From positions 896,001 to 960,000 of the forward strand of contig CAVTJJ010000003.1 of the NCBI GenBank assembly GCA_963735035.1: DNA of 64,000 bases, read 5' to 3'. The notes under the pieces were generated by a model. The model did no database searches, was not told the origin of the DNA, and saw only the letters and a list, made by a program, of their open reading frames with translations. Of the stretch, positions 63,355 through 64,000 are shown piece by piece (position 1 is the stretch's first letter; each line of letters opens with the position of its first letter). Source of the stretch: an uncultured candidate division Zixibacteria bacterium (GTDB lineage Bacteria; Zixibacteria; MSB-5A5; GN15; FEB-12). The translations under genes were made by a program, and so were the position numbers.

Positions 63355-63834
63355 TCACTTCCGACGGTCACGCCTGCCGTCGATCTTCATGACGGTCAGG
63401 AGCAGGTTCAGTCCCTTCTGAATATCGCGCAGCTGGTCCGGTGACAAACAATCGATCGTATGGAAGAGAAGCCCCATACCGGCCAGCGGCGTCTTCTTTA
63501 TCACCCCCCGGCCTTCGGAAGTAACTTCCAGATGCACTACCCGACGATCCTCATCGCCTCGCTTCCGCGTTACATACCCTCGCTTCTCGAGACGGTCCAC
63601 GATTCCCGAGACGGTGCTGAGGTGCAAATACATTCGTTCGCTGAGTTCACCGAGCGAGATACGTGGCGAAAGTTGCACGATGCGCAAGGCACCCAACTGC
63701 TGCCCTGTAATGTGATACTTTCGTACAAACTCACTCGACTGCCGCTGTCCTACGCGCTGCAGTAAGCGTATGGAATTGACTATCGCACTGATTTCGTGAC
63801 GACGCGACTCGGTCTTTACGGATATATGTGTCAT
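63355..63834 (-). CDS. MarR-family transcriptional regulator
   Basis: STVSGIVDRLEKRGYV.R....DRR....T.EG. Confidence 0.93.
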   Translation of the reverse strand: MTHISVKTESRRHEISAIVNSIRLLQRVGQRQSSEFVRKYHITGQQLGALRIVQLSPRISLGELSERMYLHLSTVSGIVDRLEKRGYVTRKRGDEDRRVVHLEVTSEGRGVIKKTPLAGMGLLFHTIDCLSPDQLRDIQKGLNLLLTVMKIDGRRDRRK

Positions 63835-64000
63835 GCAATACTATTTCGTATCCAAATATTATGTATACAAAGTATTATACCGAAGAGATCCCACCCGAGG
63901 CAAACACTTTGTCGGTAACCGGGTGAGGGATTTGTCCTTCCGAACGATGGCGATTTGGACTGAAAATCGGTTGTACGGTAATATGCCGTCTTGGTGGAGG

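Noticed and set aside
63842..63880. AT-rich imperfect palindrome upstream of marR as an operator
   Set aside because: Plausible but too degenerate to support.

Overview
Bacterial chromosomal window from a diderm organism, probably FCB-superphylum and most like Candidatus Zixibacteria. This is inferred from a cysteine-flanked dockerin-like domain and 'QNYPNPFNP...KKMLLLK' C-terminal domains. Conventional content: a partial RND permease, an SDR, a 9-PAS heme-c hybrid kinase, a PAP2 protein, an M1 peptidase, alpha-2-macroglobulin plus pbpC, an NtrY/NtrX-like sigma54 system, an OmpR-type system with rubrerythrin, a full kdpFABCDE operon and a MarR-EmrAB-TolC pump. Several genes are split by single-base frameshifts, most likely assembly errors. 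The most interesting part is 37.8-51.0 kb. It encodes an ECF sigma factor, a double zinc-finger anti-sigma, a TPR-CHAT caspase-like protease, a subtilisin, several secreted or lipoproteins, and an unannotated 29-aa Ile-rich peptide followed by a radical SAM enzyme with an unusual SPASM domain. Seven copies of one bipartite motif, TGTAACA-N14-GGCACT, with invariant spacing lie upstream of these units. Together they suggest a protease-controlled ECF regulon that includes a candidate new RiPP pathway. A GIY-YIG nuclease gene is flanked by inverted REP-like hairpins with compensatory changes, and a related MITE-like element lies at about 2.9 kb. No rRNA, tRNA or CRISPR array was seen. All calls are by eye; no database searches were run.
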